A stretch of DNA of 64,000 nt from Octopus sinensis (GCF_006345805.1 NC_042999.1:80042001-80106000); one strand, 5' to 3'; shown: positions 25,356 to 38,502, counted from the first letter of the stretch. Made by a program: numbers and translations. Notes: generated by a model from the sequence alone, not told the origin.

Positions 25356-25423
<68 letters not shown>

Positions 25424-25435
25424 CTGTGTCTGTGT
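25235..25435 (+). mobile_element. SINE family 1 fragment lacking its first ~40 bp and its tail
   Basis: ACACATGGTTCCGGGTTCAGTCCCACTGCG...AAACTGAA followed by (TG)n. Confidence 0.8.
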
Positions 25436-25558
25436 GAGTATTCAGTAAGTCGATAATTTGACGGAAAATATAAGCTATCTGCAAAGTGGGAATTCCAGAG
25501 GTGGAAGGTGTGAGTTGGAAGCACTTTAGTAGAGGTGGCAAGATACAAACCAATTAGA

Positions 25559-25560
<2 letters not shown>

Positions 25561-25637
<77 letters not shown>

Positions 25638-25650
25638 TGTAGTTGTTGTA
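25561..25650. repeat. (TAG)n microsatellite
   Basis: Direct reading. Confidence 0.95.
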
Positions 25651-26002
25651 GTGTGTTGGTTTGCGCCTTGACGTGATCTAGGATCGGTGTGTGTGTGTGT
25701 GTCTGTCACACACGTTGTATATGAACTGCAGCTTTGCTAAGGTACTGCCCTCTGGTGCATAGTCGAGTATTTTACACGAAGTAATAGTATTTATTCTATG
25801 GACCGTGGAAGTATAAAAATGGACTCAAGAAGCAAAGCGATGTCCTAAGGATCACAAACCTCGCACCGTAACCACTAAATTACATGACTGGCTGAATCAA
25901 CGATGACAATGTATTTTACGTGACGATCCACATGCCGCTACAATGTATTATGCTTAGAGCGAGAGTTCCATTGGGATGGCGTTCTGGGAAAGAAACACGA
26001 TA

Positions 26003-26218
26003 TTCGAGGGGATGCTGAACATTTTTTGACTTTGAAAGTGCCGCGAAAGTCCTGGCTGGAAGGCCAACCATCCGAAATCTTTTACAGGGTTTAGAAAAAC
26101 TGAAGGACCGCTACAATGTCTGAATCTGAGACGCGATTATGTTGAATAAAATCGTATTTAACTCATCCTCCTCTATTTTCTCTTACCCAAAGCCGGGTAC
26201 TTTTCAGCACGCCCTAGC
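26003..26218 (+). mobile_element. Mariner-derived MITE (~215 bp)
   Basis: Ends CGAGGGGATGCTGAA... / ...TTTTCAGCACGCCCT; interior encodes only a mariner-like C-terminus (GLEKLKDR...DYVE*). A second copy lies at 44270. Confidence 0.75.
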
Positions 26219-26275
26219 ATCCTGATTGAGGAAGGAAGGGTGAGACAAACCAGCTCCGAGGAGACGAAAAACCCA

Positions 26276-26286
26276 CAGTAGTAGCT

Positions 26287-26321
<35 letters not shown>

Positions 26322-26335
26322 CATCGTTGTCGTCG

Positions 26336-26367
<32 letters not shown>

Positions 26368-26373
26368 GTCATC

Positions 26374-26431
<58 letters not shown>

Positions 26432-26460
26432 GAGGAGGAGGAGGAGTTGTTGTAGCAGCA
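26276..26460. repeat. Compound (TAG)/(TCG)/(GAG) trinucleotide repeat
   Basis: Direct reading; source of the poly-Y/D ORF. Confidence 0.9.
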
Positions 26461-27492
26461 GTGTAGCATTGTTCTCCCCAAAATTTTGTGCCTTCTAAGA
26501 AATCTACGTTTGGTCAAATCTAAAGAGCGCTAAAAGTGGACCACTGATACTAATCAGGGTTGATGACATCGGCGGAAATTTTACTTAAATATCGTAAACG
26601 TACAATTTATATATTTAAATAAGGAAATAATTATCCGCAATATCAAAATGTTATTTTATCAATAACTACTAATATTAGACATTTAACGTATTTTGCGATA
26701 TTTCCTTCTTTTTTTTTTTTTTTTTTTAATGCTTGAACCCCAAAAATGTGAACTTCTATTTTCCACCTATCTACTACTTGCAGAACAAATACCATTGTGC
26801 TAGTAGACTCGATTCAGTTGAATCTAACATCTCTCTCAAAAAATGGTGTATTGCTTAGTCAACTTACTAAATAAATAAATCATACTTAAATGCGTTCTTT
26901 TTTCTTCTTTGCAGTGGTTGTCACGTTTATTTGCCCGTTTTGTTATTATTATGACTATGCAGGTTGTTGCTGTTGCTGCTGCTGCTGCCGTTGTTGTTGT
27001 TATCGTTGTGGTAGTGGTGATGGTCATAGTGATGATGGTGGTTGTTTGTGTTGTTGTTGTTGTTGTTGGTAATGTTAGCTGACAGCTCGTCCATCATTTC
27101 ATTTGTGATATGTCTCAACAACAACCGCAATGTTAGGAACGAAAGATCCTTTAAAGACATAATTGTGTTCACGTATGTGCGCTGTACGTAGTACGTATCG
27201 TATATATATTTGTATGTGTGTATCTCAATATACACACGCGTGCGTGTGTGTGTATAAAACATACTTTTTGCATGTTTTATTATTTGATGAAGAAAAGAAA
27301 GTCATTATCCCTGGCAGAATTTAGATGTACATGCATCAAACATGACAAGTGTATGTTGTTTATTTTTTTTTTATCTATAGTGGATATATTGCAACTAACA
27401 AAAGAAATCTAAGTGCATACACCAGGATATATATATGCATATACATACAAACATACATTCATACACACACACATATGTATATGCATATATTC

Positions 27493-27532
<40 letters not shown>

Positions 27533-27642
27533 TATATTATATATATATATATGTATGTATGTATGTATGTATATATATTATAATATATATATATATATAT
27601 ATATAATATATATTATAATATATATACATATATATATATATA

Positions 27643-27700
<58 letters not shown>

Positions 27701-27784
27701 ATGCGCTTACATACATATAAATATACATAGCTAAATGCCAGTATGGAAAACAGGCATTAATGATGATGATGATGACCATCATCA

Positions 27785-27823
<39 letters not shown>

Positions 27824-27865
27824 CTAGTTTCAGCTCAGAGCTGCGGCCATGCTGATGCACCGCCG

Positions 27866-27943
<78 letters not shown>

Positions 27944-28619
27944 GTATACATATATATATACATATATATAAAACATATATATACATATACATACATATAT
28001 AAACATACACATTCGTACGTACAAACATACATACACACACACACACACTCACACACACACACCCATATGCAAGTGTAGGTAGTTCGAAAGAGAGAAAGAA
28101 CACTCAATACTGAGTAGAGTATAATCAGTCATTTCGGCGGAATCAATTACTCTGTTACTCGGAACTCTCGTTTTCATAGCTTATTGTTTACGATTTGTAT
28201 GTGCACTTCTGTGATAACATACCACAAACTAGACGAATTGAGATGTGTTACATTTGACACACTGTCTCAATCCTGTACATGCATACACAAGGATACACAC
28301 ACACACACACACACACACACACCACACACACACACACACATTCACACACACACACACACGTATAAATACTCAGTTACTCTCACATATGTAGGACCATATG
28401 CACACGCACAGATTCGCGAGCAAGTAGATTTCAAGAAGGCTTTAAACTAAACAATCATTCGCACCTATCAGAAAGCAGAAAATAAAGTCTTTTATGATAT
28501 TTGAAACGGGATCATTTTCACACACCCTTATATGTATTCATCTAAGCACGTATGTACGACTTTTATTTGAGTTTAATTTGAGTTGAAGCCAGTTGCTAAC
28601 AAATGAACAAAACTTTTTG

Positions 28620-29603
28620 ATGAATTAAGAGACTTCGCGGTCTTTGTAAATATCTAAGTTGAGTTGGTGTGTTGGTTGAACGGTCGATACATAAACCCAA
28701 GTGTGTGCATCTATTCACAAAAGAATTTCACATGTAGAACTATCTGGAATGTCTTGCATATCTTCACTGTGCCACTAATAGATTGGATTTGGCGAATCCG
28801 CGTCAGATTCTTTTGCTCTTTTTCTGTGAAACCAAGCGTTTTTAGGTTTTTGTGCAAATCTATTGGTACATAACCTAATGCATCTATGATGATAGGTACA
28901 AATGAGCATTCATAGTCAGAATACAAGAGCTGTAAATTTCGCATTAATTCGCCGTAAATGTTCTCTTTTCCCTGGACATTCTATTGTACTTACGTACTGT
29001 TCCACTTACAGATTGTATTTCTAATGGGCGAATTAGTTGGTTGATTTCTTTTATGTAGGTATGTCTCTTCTATTTTTTAATTATCATAAGTCTTCCACTG
29101 AGGCGGAAGCCGGTTTCCAACAATAATACAAGGTTCCATCTTTGGGATATAGTTAGCACAGACAAATTCACATTTGGAACTTGAGAAAAGTCATGCATAT
29201 TTTTACTGTTCCACTCACAGATTACACCTGTAATGTGTGAGTTAGCCGGTCGATTTCTCTTTCTGAAAAGCCCACTTTATCCAGATTCTCCTTTAAGCAT
29301 TTACTGACAAAACCTAGTGCTCCAATTATTATTGGTAGGAATATGAATTCATAGTCTGGATATAGAAGCTGGAGGTTTCAAAGCAGTTTTCCATAGATAT
29401 CCTCTTTTTCTTTGATTTTCAAAGAGATATTTATATCTGCAGGGCAGTTGACCTCTATGATGGTACATACCTTTGCCCCTCTGCTCCAAACAATAATATC
29501 CGGCCTGTTATGTTTACATTTGACAGACGTTTTGATGGGAATATTCCACCAGTATTCCTTGAGTTGGTGTTTATGAATGTATTCCAAAACAGAGGGATTT
29601 TAA
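28620..29603 (-). mobile_element. Tandem 3' fragments of an RLE-bearing (R2/R4/NeSL-like) non-LTR retrotransposon
   Basis: ORF 29378-29587: HNRPDIIVWS..CTIIEVNCPAD..KEKEDIY (PD-(D/E)xK-type endonuclease). ORF 28711-28944 repeats the same C-terminus (LQLLYSDYE..PIIIDALG..GTVKICKTF). Confidence 0.78.
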
Positions 29604-29629
<26 letters not shown>

Positions 29630-29634
<5 letters not shown>

Positions 29635-29810
29635 GAATTTACAAAAATAAAACAAAAGACGAAGACGGGTGTGTAAACAGCAAACAGATGTATTAGTTTA
29701 ACGCTCGGGAAGTGAGAAATTCTATTACGTTTCTAGCCTACGCTCTTCGTCAGAAAAGAACACAGAAATAAACAGGTAGAGAAAATAGAAAAAGGTTTAG
29801 TGGCTAGCGA
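29630..29810 (-). mobile_element. Penelope-like terminal-repeat remnant with a decayed minimal hammerhead motif
   Basis: The minus strand reads CTGACGA-A-GAGC-GTAG-GCTA-GAAACGTA at 29726-29753. Confidence 0.45.
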
Positions 29811-29811
29811 T

Positions 29812-29953
<142 letters not shown>

Positions 29954-29999
29954 GGATATATCTATATAGTTATAGATGTATATATGCATACTTATGTAC

Positions 30000-30190
30000 A
30001 GGGAGCAAAGAATGGCTGAACTTGGAATCTTGGGATGAGAACGCAGATCCTTAATTCATAGTCTACAAAGGATCACGATATCCAGGACTATAAAAATCTG
30101 CAAGACTTTCTTAAGACTTAAAGGATGATGAAGAAAATAAGATGCGTTCCTTCACAACTTTGCTGCCAAGTGGTTTGCCGGTCAAAATTT
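30000..30190 (+). mobile_element. Short 3' fragment related to the RLE element at 28.6-29.6 kb
   Basis: Translates as ...LIHSLQRITISRTIKICKTFLKT*, matching the GTVKICKTF end. Confidence 0.6.
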
Positions 30191-31043
30191 ACTCTAAATT
30201 AAAAAGAGAAAGAGAACATACATACATACATACATATACACACATGCACATGTTGGTGGCAACTAAGCTTACAAATCGTATATCCCGCTTATTCTTACTT
30301 AAGCTGAGACAACCGCTGATGTCATTGGCTACAGTTCTCACAGTCTGTACTTGTCACTAGATGCAGTAGTCACTGGCGGAAAGACAGGTGATTATTTCAA
30401 CAACTGACAACTATATTGGTTTCAATGAGTATCTGTATTTGGATAGTTGCATGTGCATATACGTCTGTGTATGCGTGCGAAATGGGCAGGGGTTAGTTAG
30501 TAAATTGCTTCGGTATCATCAAATCAATATCAGACGATATTAATTGTAACAGGTGGAGATATATTCCTAGTGTCCCAAAACTCGAAAGCAGGTAGAATAA
30601 CCATTGTAGAGAGGGATAAGTTATATCTACTACCAGTAAGAATACTTACAATAATCTGACATCAAAAGTAGGTACGTTTTACCATGGTAGACAATACTAA
30701 AGGTATTGAGCGAATGCGATATTTTCTACATAGGTGTTTAACCTGGTAGAAATAGCAGCTAAATCGCTTTCTAATCATATCCTAATGATTTAAGGGAAAA
30801 AAAGGCATAAGACAATGTAACCAAACTTATTTTAAGCAGAACTGATGGTCCAGGCCGGAATGTCTGTGGTATAGTTTCTAGAAGAAACCTTTATTTCATC
30901 CACAATCAATATTATGCACTTTGCTTTAATCCTTCCTTAATTATTTTCACATTTTCAATCCTTATAGAATGATATTGAGGGCGAGGAAAACGGTCCGGCA
31001 GTGGTCTTTTCTGTGGGGTTCGACCCACGTAGCATTTATATTA

Positions 31044-31074
<31 letters not shown>

Positions 31075-32814
31075 TTATATATGAACACACACACACACTA
31101 TATTGGACACGCATATTTTGTGCATGTGTGTTCGATTTTGTTTATATCCCATGGACTGCTTCTCATTCATATATATATATAGAGAGAGAGGGGAGAGAGG
31201 GAGAGAGAGAGAGGGAGACAGAGAGAGAATATATAATGGATTCTGAAGGCCATTAAGTTCGAACGATAGAGTTAAGTCGAGTACAACGAACCCAGTGCTC
31301 GACTGGTACTTATTTCATTGACTCCGATATGATAAAGGGCAAAGTTGACCTCTGCGGAAGCGAGCGGTGACCGTCTAATTGAGACCCGTGTCTTCTTTTC
31401 TCTTCCCATCTAGCCTTTCAGTTGACCGTAGATAAAAGTATGCTCGAAACGTTAAAATTTCTTCCAATTTTCTTTAGCGTTAACGTAACACACCCTGTTT
31501 TTCATTTTTATATTCTTGTACCATAAATGTACACATATATGTGGCTGTGTGGGGTTGGAGAAAAAGAAGGCAATAGATAATGAAAAACTACATAGCACGT
31601 GAAAAAACACCCAAAAGAAACCAATATCAAAACGTGAGATGAGGATTCATAGAAATTATTTAGTTTTCTAGCTAAACATCAAAGCCATGTGCAGTTTATA
31701 AATCAATTGATAATACTTACCAGTTCCAATCACCAAAGAATAACACATCACATTCTTTCTAACAACTTTTCTCAGCGTTATTTAATTTGTTCTTTATTTC
31801 CTCTTTTATTCTTTCTAAATTTGGTATTACGGGGAATAGCACAAAGAAGATAAATTTTTTATTTGTTCGTTTGTTATTGTGTATTTTTTTCTGAATAGCT
31901 CTGCATACTTGCGTAAAGCAATAATTGTGCGTTTTGTATACATGCATATATTTGTATGTATGTATGTATTTATGTATGTATACATTCATATATGCGTGTG
32001 TGAGTGTGTTTATATATATATATATATGTATGTATGTATGTGCATATGCATATATACACACACACATATATATATATATATATTATATATATATATATAT
32101 ATACACATACACACGCATACATACGTATATGCTTCACAATTGTACAAAGAAATGATAAAAGATAGGGACAAATGGGGGCAAAACAAACAAAGTGTATCAG
32201 TTTAGCGCACTGGAAAAATGGAAGAGTCGTTGACATTTCGAGAATATGTTCTTCTTCAGAAAACAATGAGAAAAGAAACCAGGTGGAGAAAGCTAGAAAA
32301 AAAGGAAAGAAAAAACGTGTTCGGCCAGCCATGGTCTTTCTTTCTTGGCCTGACTGCCAACCACCAACATCTCTTATGTCCCTCTCCTATGTTCCTTTAG
32401 GTTTTCCTTTAGGCTTTCACTTTAGGCTTTCACTTCATACACGTCAACTCAACTTGATTCGTACTCAGTCGAAAGACACCTGTTGTTATATTCTTGTTGT
32501 TTGTATTTGTCAGTGTGTACCATGTTCTCCGTTTTTTATCTATGTTTCCGTATACATTCACTAGCTTTCTTACAAAAACTTTAACGCTCTTAGCTTAGAT
32601 TCTTGGGAGCAACAAGATCGAACTGTCTCAAGTGTAACTGCTCGAAACAGTTTTGGTAACTTGACTGAGAAGAGAAGGCCACGAATGGCCAGTCTTTTTT
32701 TTTTTTGCCTGTCCTTCTAATTGTTGTTTTCCCTATCCGCCTTTGTATCGTCTATCTGTCCGAACGTTTTATTGTCCTCTATTGCTTTTTTGTTCCATTT
32801 ATATATATATATAC

Positions 32815-32845
<31 letters not shown>

Positions 32846-32944
32846 CATACATACATACATACATACATACATGCACACACACACACATACACTCACACAC
32901 ACACATACACTCACACACACACACACACACACACATATATGCGT

Positions 32945-33107
32945 ATGTATGGATCAAAATAGATTGATTCAAATTCCTTGGTGCTCCGAGTTTCAAAGCG
33001 TGAAGCTAATTCTTAGCCACTGGAAATTTCCAATGACTGAGAATTAACATCACGCTTTGAAACTCAGAGTACCAAGGATTTTTAATCATACTATTTTGAT
33101 CCCTACA
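32945..33107. repeat. ~160 bp imperfect palindrome (MITE-like)
   Basis: Arms centred on GGAAATTTCC (33022-33031); the core 32966-33087 pairs with about 9 mismatches in ~60 bp. Confidence 0.85.
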
Positions 33108-33189
33108 TGTAATTCTCAATAAATGTGTTGAGTGTCCTTCTTTCATGTGTTCACACACTTGTATTTATACATATATATATATTCTCTTT

Positions 33190-34600
33190 TTATTGTTTTG
33201 GTCTACCGGAAGCATCCTCCGTATCTATAGTATCTGCAAGTTCTCTTAAACCGCTATGATTAACATGGTCATCCTTTAAAGAACAAATATGTGCAGGGAG
33301 AGAATTCCAGAAAATAATGTTCTGAAGGAATTGACTGGACGTTATGATTAGCGTGAAACTTGGTAAGATGTGGAGAATATATTGTTGACGAGAGAAGCTA
33401 TGAAAAAGTTGAAAATACCAAAGTGAAGGTACTTCTGACTCATTCAGTTTCTCTCTCTGATACTCCTCAGAATAATCCCTTTTCTTCACCAAACTCTTGA
33501 ATTGCTCCCTTAATCTCTCTATATTCTTTTTCTCTGAATCTCCAGGGCGATATTCTGATTTTCGGAGTCACAGTACACTTTAATCTCTATTCGCGTGGGT
33601 GTCAAACCTCTGACCATTTCTTTGCCGCTGCGGTAGCGGTAGAAAAGGCAGAGAAATGATAGAACGTCTGTCGGCCGGAAGTTGGAGTGTACTTTTGTGA
33701 GTGACTTCATGCCAGTTAGTCGAGTAGTTTTTCTTTGCATACGGGTCGAGCCTTTCACTGTATGTAGCAGCAGCACTGACTTGATATTGGAGTAGTATAC
33801 ATTATGTTTTTCAACTGAAATTTGTAATAAGTTAATAGTTATTAGAGGTTTAATTATTTTCTGCCCTGAAGAGAGAAGCCAGGCTTTGTGATGTAATTTT
33901 GGTTATGTTGAGGAAATGCATTCGTCATGAGAGATCCTCAGTGATAATGTTGTCTAGCATTTGTAATGACTTTCAAGGTTCTAACTATGCGCTCTTTATA
34001 TTTAAATGAAATGGTGGAGCACAATAATATTTTATCGACATGTTCAACAATTGCGTGTTTGTGCTGTTGGAGAAGATATAACTTGCATGAATTCCTTTAA
34101 GGATGCTTTCGGGGGTCCCTGCTTCAGATCAGTATTCCATGTTGATATTGCTTTCGTGTGGAAGATAATGAGGGAAATGAACGTGTATCATCTACGTAGA
34201 AATTGATGGGTTTTTTTTCGGGATGGGGCAGAGAGCAACTAGGTCACTGATGTCTGTGAATATGAGAGATAAATCTACAAGCCCTGTATATACTAGAGTT
34301 GACAGTGTGGGGATTTGTCAGAGAGAAAGAGAGAGTACCAGGTAATGCGATTTGACAGGGAAATACTGAACCCAGAGACGTGACATGCAGGAAACACATT
34401 ATTTGTGTGCCATACAAAGACGAAGACTTTGGTGATGTCAGCAGCAATAACAGTGTTTTCACTGAATTGTTCTATGATGTGAATCGTGAGGGATATAGAA
34501 TAGATTACCAGCAGTTCGGGTTCTACGAATGCCTCTGTGGTTGTCACTGAGATAGAGAGATTCGAAAAGATTGTCACACTGAACTGTGCTTCTGCAGATC
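33190..34600 (-). pseudogene. Old CR1/L2/Jockey-like LINE RT remnant
   Basis: IAADITKVFVFVWH...SLFLSDKS (resembles LDxSKAFDRVWH...SFLSDR), LDNIITEDLS*RMHFLNITK and FWNSLPAH; many stops. Confidence 0.6.
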
Positions 34601-34610
34601 AAAATATCCC

Positions 34611-34614
<4 letters not shown>

Positions 34615-34679
<65 letters not shown>
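34615..34679. repeat. (GA)n microsatellite
   Basis: Direct reading. Confidence 0.95.
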
Positions 34680-34682
<3 letters not shown>

Positions 34683-35188
34683 GGGAGAGTTTGTTGAAAG
34701 GTGCTTTTCTGAGATAAGTTGTTTGAAAGTTATGAGAATACTCTCAGGATCGAGGGTCTTGCTAGTTTAGAGCAACCGGTAGTTTAATTGTATTTGTGTG
34801 TTGTGAGCGTAGTGGAGTGGAAAGATATTGTTGTAGAAGACAAGAATACGCTGTACAGTTGCTATGCAGATAGTTTTGGAAGAGATTAACTATGCAAGAG
34901 ATATACCTGTGCAGTATGAAGTTCGTTATAATGAGCAAATGTAGAGGCTTTCTCCATGGGAATATTGCATACAGAAACTTTATGATTAAGAAATGGAGGA
35001 AGGAAGTATTCTGAAAAAATAGTAGAGATCAATTTTGGTAAGGAAACATAAGGATCAGCTGTTGTCTAGGAGACTGTCTCTTTCGCAGTGTTTGAACTGA
35101 GAAAGAGAAACATATATATATATTGATAGAAATGGTAAGACAACAAAAGAATGAAAGATACCTCGATATTACGTAAATAGAGGAATTT

Positions 35189-35382
35189 ATCTGTAAATAT
35201 AATATGTGACAATTATTCAGTAGCCATGATAAAACTCCGAATTTTAAATGTCGGGGTGGAAATCCATTTTTTCCGATGGGCGGATAACTGAAGAGATGGC
35301 GGCGTGGATTTCCACCCCGACATCCGAAACTCGGAGCTTTATCATGGCTACCGAAAAATTATCACATATTACATTTACAGAT
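35189..35382. repeat. Inverted repeat (~78-bp arms, ~40-bp spacer), probably a Penelope-like terminal-repeat inversion
   Basis: ATCTGTAAAT...GGAAATCCA pairs with TGGATTTCC...ATTTACAGAT; a hammerhead-like core overlaps the spacer and right arm. Confidence 0.85.
35283..35343 (+). ncRNA. Type I hammerhead-ribozyme-like motif, probably inactivated in this copy
   Basis: GATAA-CTGAAGA-GATG..CATC-C-GAAA-CTC-G-GAG-C-T-TTATC: helices I, II and III can be drawn, but the conserved U16.1 is C. Confidence 0.55.
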
Positions 35383-36774
35383 ATATATTTATACTTGTAA
35401 TTAAGCACTAGCACCAAACAGGATGACAAAATAAATTAAGTAGTTATCAAAACATATTTAGCATTACATTTTAGAAACATCTAGAGTATCGATATGTCAA
35501 AACTAGTTTCAAAATGTGTTGCTTCGTAATCAATTCTGTTGCAACCAAAATCTATTTCGTCATCTGTTTGAATCGACCAGTGAATTGATTTTGAAATAAA
35601 AGTCCTCAGTAAGTATAATTTTGGAAGACAAGTACAGTCTTCTATTCTGTTACTCTTTTATTGGTTCCGGTCATTTGGCTGCAGCCAATTTGAAGAATTT
35701 TTTGAAAACAAACAAATAACAAAAAGAAAAGTCTTTTAAGATAACGTTTCGGTTAAAAAGAAGAATCAATATACTGGTCTAAGTTCTGCCGAAAATAAAA
35801 GAAAACTAACTTTTCCAACGATTTTTCCAACGTATCTTTATATATGCCTATGCATGTGCATATCAGTTGTCTTTCTTTTAATTATTTGAATTCTAGTCAT
35901 AAAGAAGGATCTGATAACTAATAAAGAAATAACGTTTCCTGGCTGGAATTTAGATAACAGCAAAGATGAGGAGTTACATGTCGAAATTTAGAAAATTCTT
36001 GCATTGTTTTTGCTGCTCTGCTTGAAGAATACGTTTGGCAAGTGTATGCTAGCTAATTCCTTTCTCTTTCCGAAATCACTAACTTTATCCCATCGAAACA
36101 TTTAATAACATAACCGAGTGCATCAATAGACATAAGTACAAATGTGAATTTACAGTTTGGATAGTGAAACCATTGGTTTGAAAGCAGTTATTCATAAGTA
36201 TTCTATGCTTCCTGGTAACACCCGTTAGGGCTCCAGCCCGGGGTTAGTTTGAAAAACTGGGAGTGAAAGGCCGCTTTAGTTCTTGGTAGAACTTCCTTTA
36301 AGGAAAAGGTAAACTCGTAAAGAAAAAAAAAACCTGAAGCACAGTTGGTTCCTGGTCGTTTCAACCTGTGTTGCGCCACCGATTTTATAGCTGATTGTGG
36401 TGAAAAGTGGGTTCAGTGCTGGGTAAAACTTTATACACTAATATCAAATTCACGTACAGGAACTTCTTGGAATCTTGTAACGTTTGGACAGATTTACTGA
36501 GTCTAAGAAGTGGTCTTACTCGGTCGCGGCTTGACTTCCACCATGTAAAATCTTATGTCCGGTAAGTTCACCGTCATCTATTCACAGCAGAAAAAAGTTC
36601 ATTAACATCAATTCACTTTTTTTCTTTTTTTACTTTCCATTACAATAGTTTTTAAGTGTTAATGGTGAGTTACTATGGATATATTTTCTCGGAAAACTTT
36701 CCTCGCGGTTAACTTACCTCACGCTGAACGTTGTTCACGATGAATTGATGTCGCTGAACTCTCCTGAGATAAAT

Positions 36775-36962
36775 TCTTTTCTACTCTAGACACCAGGCCC
36801 AAAATTTTGGGGAAGGGGACCAGTCGATTAGATCAACCCCAGTTCGCAACTGGTTCTTAATTTATCGATCCCCGGAAGGATGAAAGGCAAAGTCGACTTC
36901 GGCGGAATTCGAAATCAGAACGTAAAGGCAGACGAAATATCGCTAAGCATTTCGCTAACGAT
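36775..36962 (-). mobile_element. SINE family 2-related copy with a different 3' end
   Basis: Shares GGATGAAAGGCAAAGTCGAC...GGAATT with the family 2 copies. Confidence 0.7.
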
Positions 36963-36963
36963 T

Positions 36964-37197
36964 CTTATTTCTTTATTGCCTACAAGGGGCTAAACATAGA
37001 GGGGACAAACAAGGACAAACAAAGGTATTAAGTCGATTACATCGACCCCAGTGCGTAACTGGTACTTAATTTATCGACCTTGAAAGGATGAAAGGCAAAG
37101 TCGACTTCAGCGGAATTTGATCTCAGAACGTAACGGCAGACGAAATACAGCTCAGCATTTCGCCCGGCGTGCTAACGTTTCTGCCAGCTCGCCGCCT
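36964..37197 (-). mobile_element. tRNA-derived SINE family 2, full length
   Basis: Reverse complement of the 49307 copy; head GGCGGCGAGCTGGCAGAAACGTTAGC, tail ...AATAAAGAAATA. Confidence 0.88.
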
Positions 37198-37564
37198 TCT
37201 CTCTTGAAATAAATTGATGACGGTGAACTTACCTGTAATCGTAAAAAAACCAATACAATATTCTCAATATACATATGTAAGAATACAATGAACGGCTGTC
37301 TTGCGGGTTCGAATATGTCTCAAGCACATTTGAACTGGCAACAAGTTTGTACGCACACACACACACACACACACAAACATCCACACACACACACACAAGA
37401 GTGTATCTAGTAGGTGAAGTGTTCCACTGCTCTGATTTTCCCTTTTCCTTCAGATTCTTTGCATCAATAAATGTTTAAGAAGCAGAAAATAAGAACGAGA
37501 GAATCATAAACATTGGCTCAACACACACTAACGCTCAAACACACAGACACGCAAAATGCACACG

Positions 37565-37612
<48 letters not shown>

Positions 37613-38361
37613 ACACACACACACGTGTGTAGTATACCTATATGTACGTACGTGTGCTTGACTGAATGTACGCATGTGATTAATATAAAGCATACAATGG
37701 ATATATATCTGGTATTCCTCACCGGAAAATTATATTTGATCTATCTATGAATATTAGTAAGCACATATAAATGTTCACACTCTACCTAAGTCAATTCCCT
37801 GATGCATCGCACACTCTCTGCTTACGGATTAATAATATTCGTGCGCATATGTTCATTTGTGATTTCTTATATATACATATATAATATATAATATATTATA
37901 TATATATATATAGATATATATATATATATATATAAATAGCATACGTACATATCTACTTATATCCATACCGTATACGTATGTATATGTGTGTGTGTGTGTA
38001 CATGTGTGTATGAGTATGGGTATATATGTGTGTGGTGTGTGTGTACATACATAATCAGACAGACTGATAGAGATATAGATAGATAAATAGCTAAATAGAT
38101 CGATAGATAGATATTAACAAATATATATATATACACATACACATTTACACACACACACACATACATATATATATAGATATTTAAGTATGTGTGTGTAGGT
38201 ATGTATGTGTATGTATATATGTAAATATGTGTATTTGTATCTGTGTCTATGTGTGTGAGTGCATTTTTATTATTAGTATATCTTAACGAATATACTAATC
38301 TGACTATGTTTATCTAATTGTACTTATTATATTCTCTTTCAATATACATATATTGCAAAAG

Positions 38362-38362
<1 letters not shown>

Positions 38363-38400
<38 letters not shown>

Positions 38401-38447
38401 TAATAATAATAAAATAATAATAATTATTATTATTATTATTATTATTA

Positions 38448-38501
<54 letters not shown>

Positions 38502-38502
38502 A
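38363..38502. repeat. (TAA)n joined to (TTA)n
   Basis: Direct reading; the strand switch occurs near 38425. Confidence 0.9.

Noticed and set aside
30720-30900. Dispersed repeat resembling 47380-47560
   Set aside because: The similarity (CTG.TAGAAATAG..GC..AATC) is real but too degenerate to classify or bound.
32160-32760. Possible degenerate Penelope-type hammerheads at ~32315-32345 (minus) and ~32665-32695 (plus)
   Set aside because: The GGCCA..TGGCC stems are present, but both CUGANGA and GAAAC cores are broken.
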